Assembly: GCA_002269645.1 (NCBI GenBank)
Contig: NIVC01000680.1
Location: 1 to 64,000 of the forward strand
Reading direction: 5' to 3'
Source: Macrostomum lignano
Taxonomy: Eukaryota
Length of the DNA stretch: 64,000 bases
The notes beneath the pieces are model-generated. The model was not told where the DNA came from. It saw only the letters and a list, made by a program, of their open reading frames with translations, and did not search any database. Of the stretch, positions 23,464 through 35,189 are shown piece after piece. A program made the position numbers and the translations under genes. How positions within the stretch are numbered: the stretch's first letter is position 1; each line of letters opens with the position of its first letter.

Positions 23464-24222
23464 TAGGGTCGCTGTCTAGGTTCACTGTCTAGGGTCACTG
23501 TCTAGGGTCACTGTCTAGGTTCACTGTCTAGGGTCACTGTCTAGGGTCATTGTCTAGGGTCATTGTCCAGGGTCACTGTCTAGGTTCACTGTCTAGGGTC
23601 ACTGTCTAGGTTCACTGTCTAGGTTCACTGTCTAGGGTCATTGTCTAGGGTCATTGTCCAGGGTCACTGTCTAGGGTCACTGTCTAGGTTCACTGTCTAG
23701 GTTCACTGTCTAGGGTCATTGTCTAGGGTCATTGTCCAGGGTCACTGTCTAGGGTCACTGTCTAGGTTCACTGTCTAGGTTCACTGTCTAGGTTCACTGT
23801 CTAGGGTCACTGTCTAGGGTCACTGTCTAGGTTCACTGTCTAGTGTCACTGTCTAGGTTCACTGTCTAGGTTCACTGTCTAGGGTCATTGTCTAGGGTCA
23901 TTGTCCAGGGTCACTGTCTAGGGTCACTGTCTAGGTTCACTGTCTAGGGTCACTGTCTAGGTTCACTGTCTAGGTTCACTGTCTAGGGTCATTGTCTAGG
24001 GTCATTGTCCAGGGTCACTGTCTAGGGTCACTGTCTAGGTTCACTGTCTAGGGTCACTGTCTAGGGTCACTGTCTAGGGTCATTGTCTAGGGTCATTGTC
24101 CAGGGTCACTGTCTAGGTTCACTGTCTAGGGTCACTGTCTAGGGTCACTGTCTAGGGTCATTGTCTAGGGTCATTGTCCAGGGTCACTGTCTAGGTTCAC
24201 TGTCTAGGGTCACTGTCTAGGT
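23464..24222. repeat. 13-bp minisatellite (GTCTAGGGTCACT), block 2
   Basis: Same unit and orientation as block 1. Confidence 0.95.
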
Positions 24223-24630
24223 TCGCGATATAGGGGCAATACGCTTGTAACAAATTTGGAAGAAGCTTGTTGATGAACTTTAATCAATTCTGGATCAAAG
24301 GCCTTTTAGATCAGTTGATGAATTACCATTCAGAATATGAAATAGCTACAGGCACATTTTAAAGTGTCATGTTTAAGAGTGAATAGCAGCTAGGGCACAT
24401 ATATTACAAAATCAAAGTAACTCATAACCCACACAGAGCAAGCTGTGCACGTTAACAGGTGTAGACATAACTACTGGTCTGTCCCATACCGGGTACTGTA
24501 CTGTACATAGATGAATGTACATTGACAGGCCTGTCGCATTGTTTGATCAGAAAGTAAATCAAACTCACACAATAGAACCTTGCTTATAGTTGACTGTTTA
24601 CAATGCCACTTTCAGCATAGTAGAAGCGAG

Positions 24631-24703
24631 GGCCGCGTGGCGCAATGGATAACGCGTCTGACTACGGATCAGAAGATTCCAGGTTCGAGTCCTGGCGTGG
24701 TCG
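24631..24703 (+). tRNA. tRNA-Arg(ACG)
   Basis: GGCCGCGTGGCGCAATGGATAACGCGTCTGACTACGGATCAGAAGATTCCAGGTTCGAGTCCTGGCGTGGTCG folds as a cloverleaf with anticodon ACG and A/B boxes. A T-run terminator lies at ~24714-24721. Confidence 0.97.
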
Positions 24704-25324
24704 CTCTAATCAAATTTTTTTCTCAAATCGAATCATTTCAATATTTTTTAAATCTTGGTTGTTCTATTTTATGTCGGCAGTTAAGAGTTAAAAAATCACT
24801 AATTTAAGACAACTAATTTAATACTTCTTATAAAATTAATTGAAAATGTTTTCTGTCTACTGAAAGTAGTACAAATTTCTTTATTATTTTATAACTGTTT
24901 CCAGAGCTTTGCTGATAAATAATGCAAACATATTTTATTAAAAGATCCGAGAACTGCAGCAGACCGTTCCAAACCGTTCGCTTCTTTAGACGATAACAGA
25001 ATGGTAAGTAGCTAAAAAGTTGAAATTTGCAAATTATAAAACAATCGGGACAGAGAGACTTTTTCGATCAAAATGATGAAAATATGCTTATAGATTTCCG
25101 TCTACTTCAAGTAGGACATGAGACTTACTTTTGAATTCCTTTGGGATCTTACGAATGACGGCGGAAATCAATTAAAATAAAATTGCGTAATTCTGTCTTG
25201 ATTGACATTTTCAAATCGTATAAATACAGTATCCGAAGTTCGTAGTACTCGTATAAGTCCTCATTGTTTAATTAAACAATCAAAACACAAAAATAGATTA
25301 ATCAATAATAAAACAAGCGAAATT

Positions 25325-25457
25325 TACCAATCAATAAAACAATCACTTAGTCAATTAATCAATCAATCAATCAATAAATTAATCAACCATTAAATCTAAA
25401 AATCAACTAATCAATCGAATATTCGTTGAAGCAAATGATCCATCAATTAATCGATCT

Positions 25458-25506
<49 letters not shown>

Positions 25507-25556
25507 CCAATCAATCATCCAAGCAATCAGTCAATCAATCAATCAATCCATATATA

Positions 25557-25643
<87 letters not shown>

Positions 25644-25860
25644 TAATCAATTAATCAATCAATATATCAATCAATCTATAAATCAATCAATCAATATATC
25701 AATCAATCAACCAACCATTCATTTAAGCAATCAATCAATCAACCATTCAACTTAACAATCAACTAATCAATCTAACAATTGTTGAAGCAAATAATCAATC
25801 ATTAAATTGATCTATCAATGCATCAATCAACAAACCAATCAATCAATCAACCAATCAGTC
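25325..25860. repeat. (AATC)n microsatellite at the 3' end of the alpha-kinase gene
   Basis: Direct reading. Confidence 0.95.
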
Positions 25861-28800
25861 ATCATTATCCGCGTCGCCGTTGGCGTCTCCGTCGTTGACA
25901 TCCGGCAGGCTCCAGTCGCGGTCGCGGAAGGCCGCATTGATGGTCCTCTGGGCGGAGTTCAGCTGGCCAGCGTAGGCCCTCGATTTGCGTCGCGTCAGCT
26001 GGCTGACACCCAACCCGCCGTCCATTCTCTTCTCAGTCTCCTTCATCGCCGCGATTGTCTTCTCGTTCTCAGTCGCGCACAGGTGAGGCAGCCGCCAGTC
26101 CCGGCAGGCCCGGGCGCAGCGATGCCGTTTGAAAAATTTGGCCATGCCCAGCGCGCCGAGATCTGTGGCGCCGAACTCTTGGCGAAGCGAGTGAATCGCC
26201 GGGTCCGTCAGAGTGTAGCCCTCGGAGCTGAGCACACCCTTGATGGGTGAGGATGGACGGAGAGGTCGGAGTTTTGTCTGGGTCGCTTTTGATTATCTCA
26301 ATTGGGATCTTTCCACTCCTGCACTCTTTGATTATCTTCTCTGTGGGGGTCTTTACCCTCCTGCAACAATTGATTATCTCTGTGGGGGTCTTTTTACTCC
26401 TGCACCAATTGATTATCTTCTCTGTGGGGGGTCTTTCCACTCCTTCACCAATTGATATCTCTGTGGGGGTCTTTCCACTCCTGCACTCTTTGATTATCTC
26501 TGCTGGGGTCTTTCCACTCCTGCACTCTTGGATTATCTTCGTGAGGGTCTTTCCACTCCTGCACTCTTTAATTATCTCTGTGGGGGTCTTTCCCCTCCTG
26601 CACTCTTTGATTATCTCTGTGGGGGGTCTTTCCACTCCTGCACTCTTTGATTATCTCTGCTGGGGTCTTTCCACTCCTGCACTCTTGGATTATCTTCGTG
26701 AGGGTCTTTCCACTCCTGCACTCTTTAATTATCTCTGTGGGGGTCTTTCCCCTCCTGCACTCTTTGATTATCTCTGTGGGGATCATTCCACTCCTGCACC
26801 AGTTGATTATCTCTGTGGGGGTCTTTCCCCTCCTGCACTCTTTGATTATCTCTGTGGGGGGAGGGGGTCTTTCCACTCCTGCACTGTTTGATTATTTCTG
26901 TGATGGGGGCTTTCCACACCTGCACTCTTTGATTATCTCTGTGGGGGTCTTCCCCTCCTGCACTCTTTGATTATCTTCTCTGTGGGGGTCTTTCCCCTCC
27001 TGCACTCTTTGATTATCTTCTCTGTGGGGGTCTTTCCCCTCCTGCACTCTTTGATTATCTTCTCTGTGGGGGTCTTTCCACTCCTGCACTCTTTGATCAT
27101 CTTTATAAAGGGTCCATACGTCTATGTGCACTCCAGTTATCAAGAGCCCTTTGCGGGCAGCTCAATCTCACCTGAATGTCGCACACAAGCAGTCGCCCAC
27201 CAGAGTGGTGGTAAGTGAAATGACTGAACGCTGGAATGGTCAGATCCGGGTCCGTTCCATCGTCCAGAAACCAACCCGTGTTGGAGTTGAATTTTCTGTA
27301 ATGTCCAGGTATGTAGTCTTCTACGGCAATGTAATCTCCAATGCTGAGCACCCCGGCCGAGTCCAGGTTTGAGTAGGCCAGCTTTTGAGTTCTGAGTTGG
27401 GGAATTTGAATAAGTAAGGCGCTGAAGTTTAAGGTTTTTTTAGCAAAATTTTTGTGTCGGTCATTATAAACTATACAGTAGATTAGTAAGTAGCCATTCT
27501 CAAATACAGTTTGTGTTTATCAGTGAGTTTGGAGGTTGCAGCCTAGTGGTTAGAGCATCAGACTCACGACTTGAAGGTCGGGGGTTCGATTCTCGACCCG
27601 ACTCGGAACAGTTTGTGTCCTTGAGCAAGACACTTAACTCTGCATTGCTTCAGTTCACCCAGCTGTAAAATGGGTGCCAGCATTAGCTGGGGTAATTGAG
27701 GGTGTGTGTGGCGACCCCCCCCCCCCCAGTCCTTGGACTGAACAGCCGTACGCAGCCTTCAGATGCGCCGCGCAATAGCTGCGGCTGAGCTGTCGTTGAA
27801 AATCTGCCCGATACGTATAGATCGTTAAAGTCCATTTTAAAATACGCGATAATCATCTTTATAAATATAAATATGGATTATACCTCGCCAGAACTGGCTG
27901 AATGAAGTGCAACGGCTTGGATGGCATGAACAGGCGGTTGTAGGTCCTGGCGTAGCCCTCAGCCACCACACTGCACCTTGCATCAATGTAGTAGTGTCGA
28001 GCTGCGGACCTTGCCACGCCATCTTTGAAAACCTTTGTGGGGGGTTATAAGCAAGATGGAAGCTTTAAATAGGATTAGTAATATAGTGAATCAGGCACTG
28101 AAGCTGCTGCTCACCTTAGTGACACACACTGCTCACCTTAGTGACACACACTGCTCACCTTTAGTGACACACTGCTCACCTTAGTGACACACACTGCTCA
28201 CCTTAGTGACACACTGCTCACCTTAGTGAAACACACTGCTCATCTTAGTGACACACACTGCTCATCTTAGTGACACACACTGCTCACCTTAGTGACACAC
28301 TGCTCACCTTAGTGACACACTGCTCACCTTAGTGACACACACTGCTCACCTTAGTGACACACTGCTCACCTTAGTGACACACTGCTCACCTTAGTGACAC
28401 ACACTGCTCACCTTAGTGACACACACTGCTCACCTTAGTGACACACACTGCTCACCTTAGTGACACACTGCTCACGTTAGTGAAACACACTGCTCATGTT
28501 AGTGACACACACTGCTCATCTTAGTGACACACACTGCCCACCTTAGTGACACACTGCTCACCTTAGTGGCACACTGCTCACCTTAGTGACACACACTGCT
28601 CACCTTAGTGAAACACTGCTCACCTTAGTGACACACTGCTCACCTTAGTGACACACACTGCTCACTTTAGTGACACACACTACTCATCTTAGTGACACAC
28701 TGCTCACCTTAGTGACACAATGCTCATCTTAGTGACACACACTGCCCACCTTAGTGAAACACTGCTCACCTTAGTGACACACTGCTCACCTTAGTGACAC

Positions 28801-29330
28801 ACACTGCTCACCTTAGTGACACACACTGCTCACCTTAGTGACACACTGCTCACCTTAGTGACACACTGCTCACCTTAGTGACACACACTGCTCACCTTAG
28901 TGAAACACTGCTCACCTTAGTGACACACTGCTCACCTTAGTGACACACACTGCTCACCTTAGTGACACACACTGCTCACCTTAGTGACACACTGCTCACC
29001 TTAGTGACACACTGCTCATCTTAGTGACACACACTGCCCACCTTAGTGAAACACTGCTCACCTTAGTGACACACTGCTCACCTTAGTGACACACTGCTCA
29101 CCTTAGTGACACACTGCTCATCTTAGTGACACACACTGCTCATCTTAGTGACACACACTGCTCACCTTAGTGACGCACTGCATGCCATTTTTCGGACCGC
29201 TGCCCCGGTAGACCCCCCGGAAAGCGAGCCGGCAGCTGCCCTCAGCAAACGGCTCCGTCTCGAACTCCAGTGTGTAGTCAAGACCCTCTGCAACATAGGT
29301 ATTACTGAACATAGATGCGGAACTGCCCAT
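25855..29330 (-). CDS. Alpha-kinase (eEF2K/MHCK-type), 305 aa; exons 29330-29166, 28032-27884, 27391-27172, 26238-25855
   Basis: Motifs PFAEGSCRLAF, VTK|VFK, EDYIPGHYRKFNSNTGW, AFSHFTY...LLVCDIQG, LTDPAIHS and FGATDLGALGMAKFFKRHRCARAC (zinc ligands). Phases 0/2/0 are consistent. The N-terminus is MGSSAS. Confidence 0.93.
26287..27100. repeat. 39-bp minisatellite in kinase intron 3
   Basis: Unit TTGATTATCTCTGTGGGGGTCTTTCCACTCCTGCACTCT. Confidence 0.95.
27531..27840 (+). mobile_element. tRNA-derived SINE family A with a CORE-like central domain, in kinase intron 2
   Basis: tRNA-like head (GCCTAGTGGTTAGAGC...GGTTCGATTC), then GTGTCCTTGAGCAAGACACTTAACTCT...CAGTTCACCCAGCTGTAAAATGGG resembling the MIR/CORE consensus. 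A second copy lies at 39.3-39.6 kb. Confidence 0.85.
28107..29175 (-). repeat. 20/22-bp minisatellite whose unit is the kinase exon 1/intron 1 junction (GTCACTAAG|GTGAGCAGTGT)
   Basis: About 50 units, continuous with the real donor at 29165. Confidence 0.95.
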
Positions 29331-29570
29331 TGCTTCTGATTGAGATGTGTGCTCAAGTTAGCTTAGATAGATAGTTCGAAAGGTAGGTTCCCAAGGAAAT
29401 TTAGGCTCTGTTTTATAGAGGAGAACAAACGATTTGTCGGAAAATGTTCCCCTTTGCTGGAATTTGTGGGAATTTTCTGCAAAAGCACGTCTGCAATGGG
29501 CTTTGAACTGCTTCATAATTATGAAGAGAACTAATTGATTAGATAGCTCTGGTAAAAAAGGTCAAAATGA

Positions 29571-29765
<195 letters not shown>

Positions 29766-30171
29766 TCACTCTTGTTCCATATTTCCGTACTATTTCTCTC
29801 CTAAAAGGTACTCAGTCTATTGAGTACATCTGCCAGGCTCCATATAACTATACAGCGTTCCAGTTGACATAAAAAACACACACAGGGGGAAGAGATGAGA
29901 AGTGAGAAGTGAAGCAGCGCTTCCAGCGATAGAGAATAAATTGAAAGGCGAGAGACCCCAGGCAGAGGGACTGCTCTTTTTCTCTAACTCAGCGCCGCAG
30001 CGCCTACCTGTTGCATAGCAACGAACTGGCCTAAAGCTTCTGTGCATGGCATAGGTGAGGCACTCACAGTGCAGTTTTTATTCTCTACAAGCTTGGCCAG
30101 GCGGGACTAAAAAGACCGTAGAAGAGATCTCTTACTGCAACAGTAGGAGCTCCGCAAAACTAGTTCGTAGC

Positions 30172-31788
30172 ATGGACTGTTCGTGCGATGAAGACGACGT
30201 TGCTACAGGAGCCCTGCCTCCCGCGATGTCATCGTCGCAGCCGCAGCTTGTCGGCACCGACGTTAACCTAGCGAATGTGTCGCTGAATGCCAGCATGAAG
30301 CCCGTGCTGCAGAGATTCTGCGATTCAACCAGCAATCCAGCTGAGAAGGCCAGAGCTCTGGAGCTGCTCACTGCGCTCGAACTTTCCAGTGCCATCAAAG
30401 CGGAAGCTCAGGACGGACGGCCCAGAGCGACGAGTGGACGCTCGGCTACTCCGCAGTCCGGCTGCGGAGCCGAAGAACCTGCGACTCAGGACGGGCGACG
30501 ATGGAGGCCGCGGACTGCAGCGCCGAGGCTTCTTCAGCAGCAGCGCGGCTCGGCGTCCGACTGCGACACCAGCGGCATTGTTAGCGGAGTGGCGGGCGAT
30601 GTTGACATGGCGGAGAGAAGTCTCAGCTACGTAAACAGCTACGAGACTACGCATAATTATTACTATCAACCGCCTGAGCCTTCGGTGAGTGAACGCAGGC
30701 ACTAGCCATGCATGAAACTCTCAATCGGCTTTGAAATGCTCTAAAAATAGAGGACCACCGCATCGAGACGAAAGTTCAAGCGATGCAGTAGGTAGATCAG
30801 TCTTATGCCACTCGCAGTAATACAGAAAATTCAAACCGCCCCGCAGCCTAGCAACGCACTTCGACCGGCCAGCTCGCAGATTCAACGCGTCGTACCGCCA
30901 GCCAAAGAACTGGCGCCCGGAAACTCATTCAACGACTTGTTCATGACCACGACGTACAATCGCGAGTATTTCTCTAAGACGCGCCTGCCACCAGGTAGGT
31001 CGTGTCCCGAACGCGCCGCCAGCGCCAGAGGCGTGCGAAACAACAATCCGCATCCGAATCAGGAGTTCATGATGTGGCGCTACCGCAGGCCAATGACCGC
31101 CACGGAGAAGATCGAATCCACTGCCGCCGCCGCCACGTCGGCAAGTGAGGAGAGCCAGTCGCCAACCGAACCTCTACAGGAACAGAAGCCAAAGCTCACT
31201 AATGAGTCCTTCGACAGGGCTGTTCGAGGCAAATGCCGGTCAACTTACCAGCACGACTATCTGGGCGTACCAACTAGCTTCGACGTTGGCCAGCGAGCGA
31301 TTTCCCTTCTGGGCATCGACGGTCGAGCCGTTGTCTACGATCGGAGCAGCACGTCGCGCGGAGCGTTCGGCAAGCCGCCGGCAGCCCCGGCCGAGCTGGC
31401 GGTTCCGCTCACCCGGTTCGGCCAGCAGCCCGCCAGAGCCGCCCCCGGCATCATCCCAGCAGGCGGTCTCAGCGGTCCGACGTTCGGCACTCGGACTCGG
31501 ACAACCTACGAGGCGCACATCTGCGACCCGGCCAGCGGTTTCATGCGCGTAGCCGACCTGCGCCAGTTGAGCAACGTGCAGAACGCGCAGGCTGTTGCGC
31601 AACTGTTGAACAGCGCCACGGGCAGTGAGCGCGCCGCTCTGTACAAGCTGTACAAGGAGATGCAGAGCCGAAAGCTGCCAGTCAGCATTCCAATGCCCGT
31701 TGAGCGACGAATTCGCAAAGAACGAGTTGGCGGAAAAATGCAAATCTCGAAACCACCGGCTTACATGTCCACCTGGACGGGACCTTAG
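30172..31788 (+). CDS. TEX26: TEX26-like (ciliary/axonemal microtubule-associated) protein, ~501 aa; exons 30172-30684 and 30796-31788
   Basis: Repeated TTY/STYxxDY-type motifs (YETTHNYYY, TTTYNREY, STYQHDY, TTYEAHI). STSRGAFGKPP..PAEL....RFG....AAPGIIP and the C-terminal helix recall TEX26. Donor TCG|GTGAGT is clear; the acceptor is weak, so the two exons may be separate genes. Confidence 0.65.
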
Positions 31789-32369
31789 ACTGGTTTTAAA
31801 ACGCTTCTTTGATCTTTACCAGCACAGCTGCTGTTTTAACCGCTATAAAACCCACATTTCAGCTGTCAGATATTGTCCGTTGTTATTGTTAGTAAGTGGT
31901 TTGGATGTGCGTGTATATTTATTTTTTGGTAATATTATTTGTTTAGTACTACGTTCGTACTAAATTTACCCCACGGTTGCTTTCTATCAAAGATAATAAA
32001 TATCTGTACTGTTCCAGAATTTCATATTTAAGATTAAGAGCAAAATTTCATGGTTTTACCTCTCGTCCTACTCTCGTCGCGTCGCCGTCCCCAAATGCCA
32101 TAGTTCAGAGTGTCGTTTACTTGTCTCGTTCCTCGTGTCTTATTAGTGCTAAACTTATAAGAACTCTGTCGGGTGCCAAAGGTTCGCCGAAAAGAACCGT
32201 TTCAAGTGCCCATGTCTCGTCAGTCTACTAATTGTACCTAAGGTAGTAGAAGAATGCTAAAAAGGCAGAAAAAAGAAAAAAGGATGTTTTTCCAGCAGCT
32301 ACACTCAAATTTTCAGATACAAGCAAAAATATAGCTCATTTTTCTATTCAGATTTTTGTTTCTAATTAG

Positions 32370-33410
32370 AGTCAGGGGGCTGTGTGCACCCTGGGACTCT
32401 TTAAGCGACATTGTCGCACAACCGGCGAGATGCAATTGCTGCCAATTCCTACGACTCCTCTCAGCAGGCACACCAACGCGCGCGGATACGTACGGTCCGC
32501 GTCATAGGCACAGACACACATTTGGATACAGATTTGGAGAGCCATTTGGATAGACATTTGGAGAGATATTTGGAGAGACATTTGGAGAGACATTTATAAG
32601 ACATATAGAGAGACATTTGGAGAGACATTTGGAAAGACATATAGAGAGACATTTGGAGAGACATTTGGAGAGACATTTGGAAAGACATATAGAGAGACAT
32701 TTGAAGAGACATTTGGAGAGACATTTAGAAAGACATATAGAGAGACATTTGGAGAGACCTTTAGAGAGATATTTGGAGAGACATTTGGAGAGACATTTAG
32801 AGAGACATTTGGAGAGACCTTTGGAGAGACATTTGGATAGACATTTGGAGAGACATTTAGATAGACAATTGGAGAGACATTTGGAGAGACATTTGGAGAG
32901 ACATTTAGATAGACAATTGGAGAGACATTTGGAGAGACATATAGAGAGACATTTGGAAAGACATATAGAGAGACATTTGGAGAGACCTTTAGAGAGACAT
33001 TTAGATAGACATTTGGAGAGACATTTGGAAAGACATTTGGAGTGAAATTTGGAGAGACATTTGGAGAGACATTTGGAGAGACATTTAGAGAGACATTTGG
33101 AAAGACATTTAGATAGACATTTAGAGAGACATTTGGAGAGACATTTGGAGAGACATTTGGAGAGTCATTTGGAGAGACATTTAGATAGACATTTGGAGAG
33201 ACATTTAGATAGACATTTGGAGAGTCATTTGGATACACATGCAGACACTCACACAGAAGCGTGCATGCAGCGGCCCTAACTTCATTTATCGTTAGGCATG
33301 TACACTTCACTGTGCTTTGGTGTTTGGCCCTCGATAACTTTAATTTTACGAGCAGAGCCAAGCCGAGATTCCCGGGCCTGGCACATCGAAGTGCCACGAT
33401 AGACGACTTG
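32370..33410 (-). mobile_element. SINE family B, copy 3, interrupted by a 12-bp array
   Basis: SINE-B sequence at 32390-32520 resumes at 33240-33400. Confidence 0.8.
32519..33240. repeat. 12-bp minisatellite (ACATTTGGAGAG), about 60 units
   Basis: Gives the ERHL / VSPN pseudo-ORFs. Confidence 0.97.
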
Positions 33411-34739
33411 CAAAAATCCAATGCAGATAAGTTCTATTAGTCAAGCCAAGTCTTCAACTTTGCCATAAAATTACTCAGTAAAATATTTTTGCCCAGTCCA
33501 GACTCCTAGCTTAATGCGTCTTTAAAGTGACTGAGATCAGCACGGGGATCAGAGCGCCGGGATATTTTGATCAAGATATCTATGAGCAGGGTGAAGAGAG
33601 ACAAATGATCATTATCAATCGCTTCTAACTCTATTCCTTCCAAAAGTTTTCCTAGCGCCAACTGTACAAATATTAAACTTTCTGAAAATCTCTATCCTAT
33701 CTGCTTAGCAACGTCTATTGTTAGACCTCACAACATCACGCATCACTGTACAGTTAGCGATTACTGCTACTGGAGAATGCCTGCTAAACAAAATGGAGCG
33801 GTAACCCACCTACCCATTTCATCTCAGTCAAGGCTTGTAATTCTCTCATATCGAACCGATGGAAGCATTTTTTGTGTTTAACTAAATACATATCTTGAGC
33901 AATTTTTCCAAAATTTGATAGGCTATCTTGTACTCGTAGTATTTTTGGTCATCTATTTCACATTATCTGTAAAACTTGAAGTCGCTGTGTTTATAGATGA
34001 TTGATACATGATAGACTGCATTTAATTAAAAAATCTTGAAAAACTTTTTTAGACATTATTATAGCAAACATCAAACAGACACAAACAGTACATTGCTCTC
34101 TAAAATTGTCTCATCAAAAACGCTTTTAAGAATATAAAGACATGGTCATATAAAAAACGCAGAAAAGTAGCTATTTAAGATATCTATACGCATTTTCTAG
34201 TGAAATTTGAAAAATACTGCACGATTTGCGACAATACGTCGTCCTTCAACACCACTCGACCACCGTGCGAGAGTAACAGCTATATTACAAAAATAGCATT
34301 CTCTAGTAAAACAAATCTTTTTTACAGTATAATCTCTCGGTTAAAGCTTGTTTACAGGCTAGTACGTTACACTGATTAAATTGAATCAATAACGGAAAAA
34401 TTAGAACTCAAAATTCCAACCAAGACAGTTATAACTATCTATAATTGAAAATAAGTTGCCACTGACTGAGTAGATGATTCCGAAGGAACTGAAAATATTG
34501 CTGGGTTTTCTTAGAACTCGTATTGACAAATAAAAGTAAGTTAACAGTTAAACTTTGCCACTGAAAGGTGTAAATACATGTAGAGATTAAAAAGAGCAAC
34601 TCACTCAAACAATACATTACGCGTAATTGATAAGGACGCGAGACTGCACAGACAGCCGCAGGTTCAGAGGTGGATAGCAGCCGGGCTCAACCCGAAGGCT
34701 GAGTTTCCCGAGACTAAAACATCCGGTCCGAGCGAAGGA

Positions 34740-35095
34740 GGAGGCAGGAGCTGTGCGCATCCTGGCGCACTTTAAGCGACATTGTCACACAACCGGCGAG
34801 AGGCATTACTGCCCATTCCGCCAACTCTCCTGAGCAGGCACACAAGCGCGCGGATACGTACGCAGTCATACGCACAGGCACAGACTGGCACAGGAATGTA
34901 CAGCGGCTTTAACTTTATTTATCGTTAGGCATGCACACTTCACTGTGCCTTAGGAGTTGACCTTCAATGCTGTTAAGTGCACGAGCAGAGCCTAGTCGAG
35001 ATTCAAATTTTGCCTAAAATTAATGTAACTGCATTTGAAATCGAGCCTGGGCGTAAGAACATTAGAGCGCCGCGCTAGACTGCTGGGATATATAA
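34740..35095 (-). mobile_element. SINE family B, copy 4 (most complete)
   Basis: Minus-strand head CCCAGCAGTCTAGCGCGGCGCTC...CCCAGGCTCGATTTC; body matches the other copies. Confidence 0.8.
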
Positions 35096-35189
35096 GTCGG
35101 TGGCAGTGCATCAGAAAAAATGGAAGTTGCAAGTAGGGAGCACAAGCAGAAGCATGCAATTGGTCCCACGTGCGTAAGGAGCCCCAGAA

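Noticed and set aside
24972-25035. AACCGTTCG...AGAATG|GTAAGT as a flatworm SL RNA gene
   Set aside because: It lacks the CCGT-loop-ACGG first stem and a convincing Sm site; more likely an isolated donor or a non-coding first exon
26069-27143. KTPTEIIKECR repeat ORFs
   Set aside because: 39-bp intronic minisatellite; the kinase splices across it
27531-27605. Additional tRNA genes at 27.5 kb, 39.5 kb and 4.55 kb
   Set aside because: Acceptor stems do not close, and the sequences continue into shared SINE bodies
32461-33421. ERHL / VSPN repeat ORFs resembling a repetitive antigen
   Set aside because: 12-bp array inside a SINE, open on both strands
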